This document shows positions 62,758-64,000 of a stretch of DNA of 64,000 bases, in pieces. The DNA is taken from contig CAWFVP010000001.1 of assembly GCA_963819305.1 (NCBI GenBank), forward strand, positions 748,131 through 812,130, written 5' to 3'. Both the position numbers and the translations under genes were made by a program. Numbering within the stretch: position 1 is the stretch's first letter; every line of letters starts with the position of its first letter. The stretch is from an uncultured Alphaproteobacteria bacterium (lineage in GTDB: Bacteria; Pseudomonadota; Alphaproteobacteria; Acetobacterales; Acetobacteraceae). Below the pieces are notes generated by a model that was given only the letters and a program-made list of their open reading frames with translations, did not search any database and was not told the DNA's origin.

Positions 62758-64000
62758 ATGAAGGCGTCTGCCGCCGCCACTGGAGCGTCTGGAAAGCTGT
62801 TGCCCAGGACTGCATCGTCAGGCGGGTCCAGAACAAGCCAGGGGTCGAAATCACCTTCGGGCAAGGGCGCGGCACCGGCAGTCAAGGCGGCTCCGGCCAA
62901 GACGCCACCGGCAAAGACATCAATGGCAAAGACGCACCCGACCAAGGCGGCGCCCAAGCTTGCACAGGGTGGCAGGGTCCCGGTCGGAAAGATTCAATTA
63001 GCAAAGCCGCTGCCGGCTTCGGCTGCCAAGGCTACGGCAGAAAAAGTCGCGGCAGGGAAGGTTCTGCCGGGAAAGATCCCGGCCGCTCAGGCTGCAGGTG
63101 CCAGGCCCTCGGGCGGAAAGAGCCAGGCCACTTCGCAGCAGAGCGCGAGGGCGACAGGTGCGAAGCCTGCCATCGCAAAGGTCATCCCCCCGGCAAAATC
63201 CGCGGCTGGAGGCAAGGCGCCGGTTCAGCTCAAGAACGCCGGGAAACAGCTGCCTGCCAAGGGTGCGGCCACCAAGCCGGACATCGTCAAGCCGCCGGCA
63301 GTCAAGCCATCGACAGTCAAGGTGATGCCGTCCGGCGCGCAAAAAGCGAAGCCGGGCGTCACCAAGGCGATCGAAGTCAAGCAGCATGCGGCCGGGCACG
63401 GCGCCGTCAAATCGGTCGTCGGCACGCCGGCCTTGGCCAAATCATCTTCCAAGCCCTCCCTGTCCAAACCACAGGTCGCACCCCAGATAGCCGAGAAGGC
63501 GACGAGGCCAGCATCCGCCGTTGCCGCGATCGCGAAATCCGCAGCCGCTCCCAAGGCAACTCCGCCCAAGCCGCAGGCACTCCCGGCCGCTGGGCAGCAG
63601 CACTCCACCGGCGTCCGCACAGCGATCGTCGCATCGAAGACCGGCACGTCAGTGAAAACCGGCGCGTCAGCGAAAACCGGAAGCACGCCCATTGATGCCG
63701 ATCATCCGACGGCATCGGAAACTTTGAGGACAGAGATCATTTCTCCAGTTATGACAGCAGCCAAATCAGCCATTGCGGCCACCCCGACCCCGCCGGCCAA
63801 GCCCGCGACCGTCAAACCTCTCGTCGTCTCCTCTGCCCAGCCGGTTCCCGCGGATGGCGCCAAGTCAGCGACGGCCCTGGTGAATGAAGCCGGAGAGGGA
63901 GCGCCTGCGATGGCTGTCCCGCCCGCCTCCAGCCTACCTGCACCGGAAGCGCCGGAGCCTGACCGGGCTGCGGTGGAAGCACCGGCGGTCGTTGCGCCAA
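62758..64000 (+). CDS. Lys/Ala/Pro-rich, highly basic low-complexity protein (histone-H1/AlgP-like composition), 5' partial view, continues past the window end
   Basis: I translated this manually. From ATG 62758 the frame is open for all 414 codons to position 64000 (MKASAAATGASGKLLPRTASS...AKTPPAKTSMAKTHPTKAAPK...). It has no Cys or Trp and shows recurrent A/P-K motifs. It is absent from the ORF track, presumably because it has no stop inside the window. Another plus-strand frame (62643..63695) is also open, so the frame choice is not certain. Confidence 0.5.
   Translation, partial: MKASAAATGASGKLLPRTASSGGSRTSQGSKSPSGKGAAPAVKAAPAKTPPAKTSMAKTHPTKAAPKLAQGGRVPVGKIQLAKPLPASAAKATAEKVAAGKVLPGKIPAAQAAGARPSGGKSQATSQQSARATGAKPAIAKVIPPAKSAAGGKAPVQLKNAGKQLPAKGAATKPDIVKPPAVKPSTVKVMPSGAQKAKPGVTKAIEVKQHAAGHGAVKSVVGTPALAKSSSKPSLSKPQVAPQIAEKATRPASAVAAIAKSAAAPKATPPKPQALPAAGQQHSTGVRTAIVASKTGTSVKTGASAKTGSTPIDADHPTASETLRTEIISPVMTAAKSAIAATPTPPAKPATVKPLVVSSAQPVPADGAKSATALVNEAGEGAPAMAVPPASSLPAPEAPEPDRAAVEAPAVVAP

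Noticed and set aside
62643-63695. 350-aa plus-strand ORF overlapping the Lys/Ala/Pro-rich frame
   Set aside because: Its translation is Gly/Arg/Gln/Cys-rich (GCQGYGRKSRGREGS...). That looks like an off-frame reading of a KAP-rich gene, and it starts inside the probable leader. However, its third-position G+C is equal or higher in the stretches I counted, so the rejection is provisional.

Overview
GC-rich chromosomal segment (G+C judged by eye, not computed). Gene content and synteny look alphaproteobacterial: yicC-gmk, COG0523-WD40, hslO-lipoprotein-purC, SUV3-like helicase-S4-fdxA, and a DUF1058 SH3 protein. This placement is inference only. I can support about 56 protein-coding loci, mostly housekeeping, envelope and small-molecule metabolism genes. 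I found no rRNA, tRNA, CRISPR, transposase, integrase or phage genes. Four points stand out. (1) A Co-type nitrile-hydratase locus has its beta subunit split into two ATGA-coupled ORFs exactly at a 15-bp tandem repeat. It lies in a same-strand cluster with ThiF/MoeB, a DsrE-like protein and an SH3 protein. That cluster is divergent from a tightly coupled queC / SbcD-like nuclease / 1174-aa YhaN-like ATPase operon. This is my best candidate for an undescribed functional module, possibly in 7-deazapurine-nitrile or thiocyanate chemistry and/or a QueC-linked nuclease-ATPase. The functional link is inference. (2) Eight genes are disrupted by 18 frameshifts. All 18 are net +1, and 17 lie in the first 21 kb. 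One aminotransferase carries 9 of them plus an amber codon. This pattern argues for an assembly or consensus artefact, at least in part. (3) A Lys/Ala/Pro-rich ORF of at least 414 aa runs off the right edge and is missing from the supplied ORF track. (4) Several short direct repeats sit in the few AT-richer intergenic regions. Many long track ORFs are antisense shadow ORFs typical of GC-rich DNA and were rejected.
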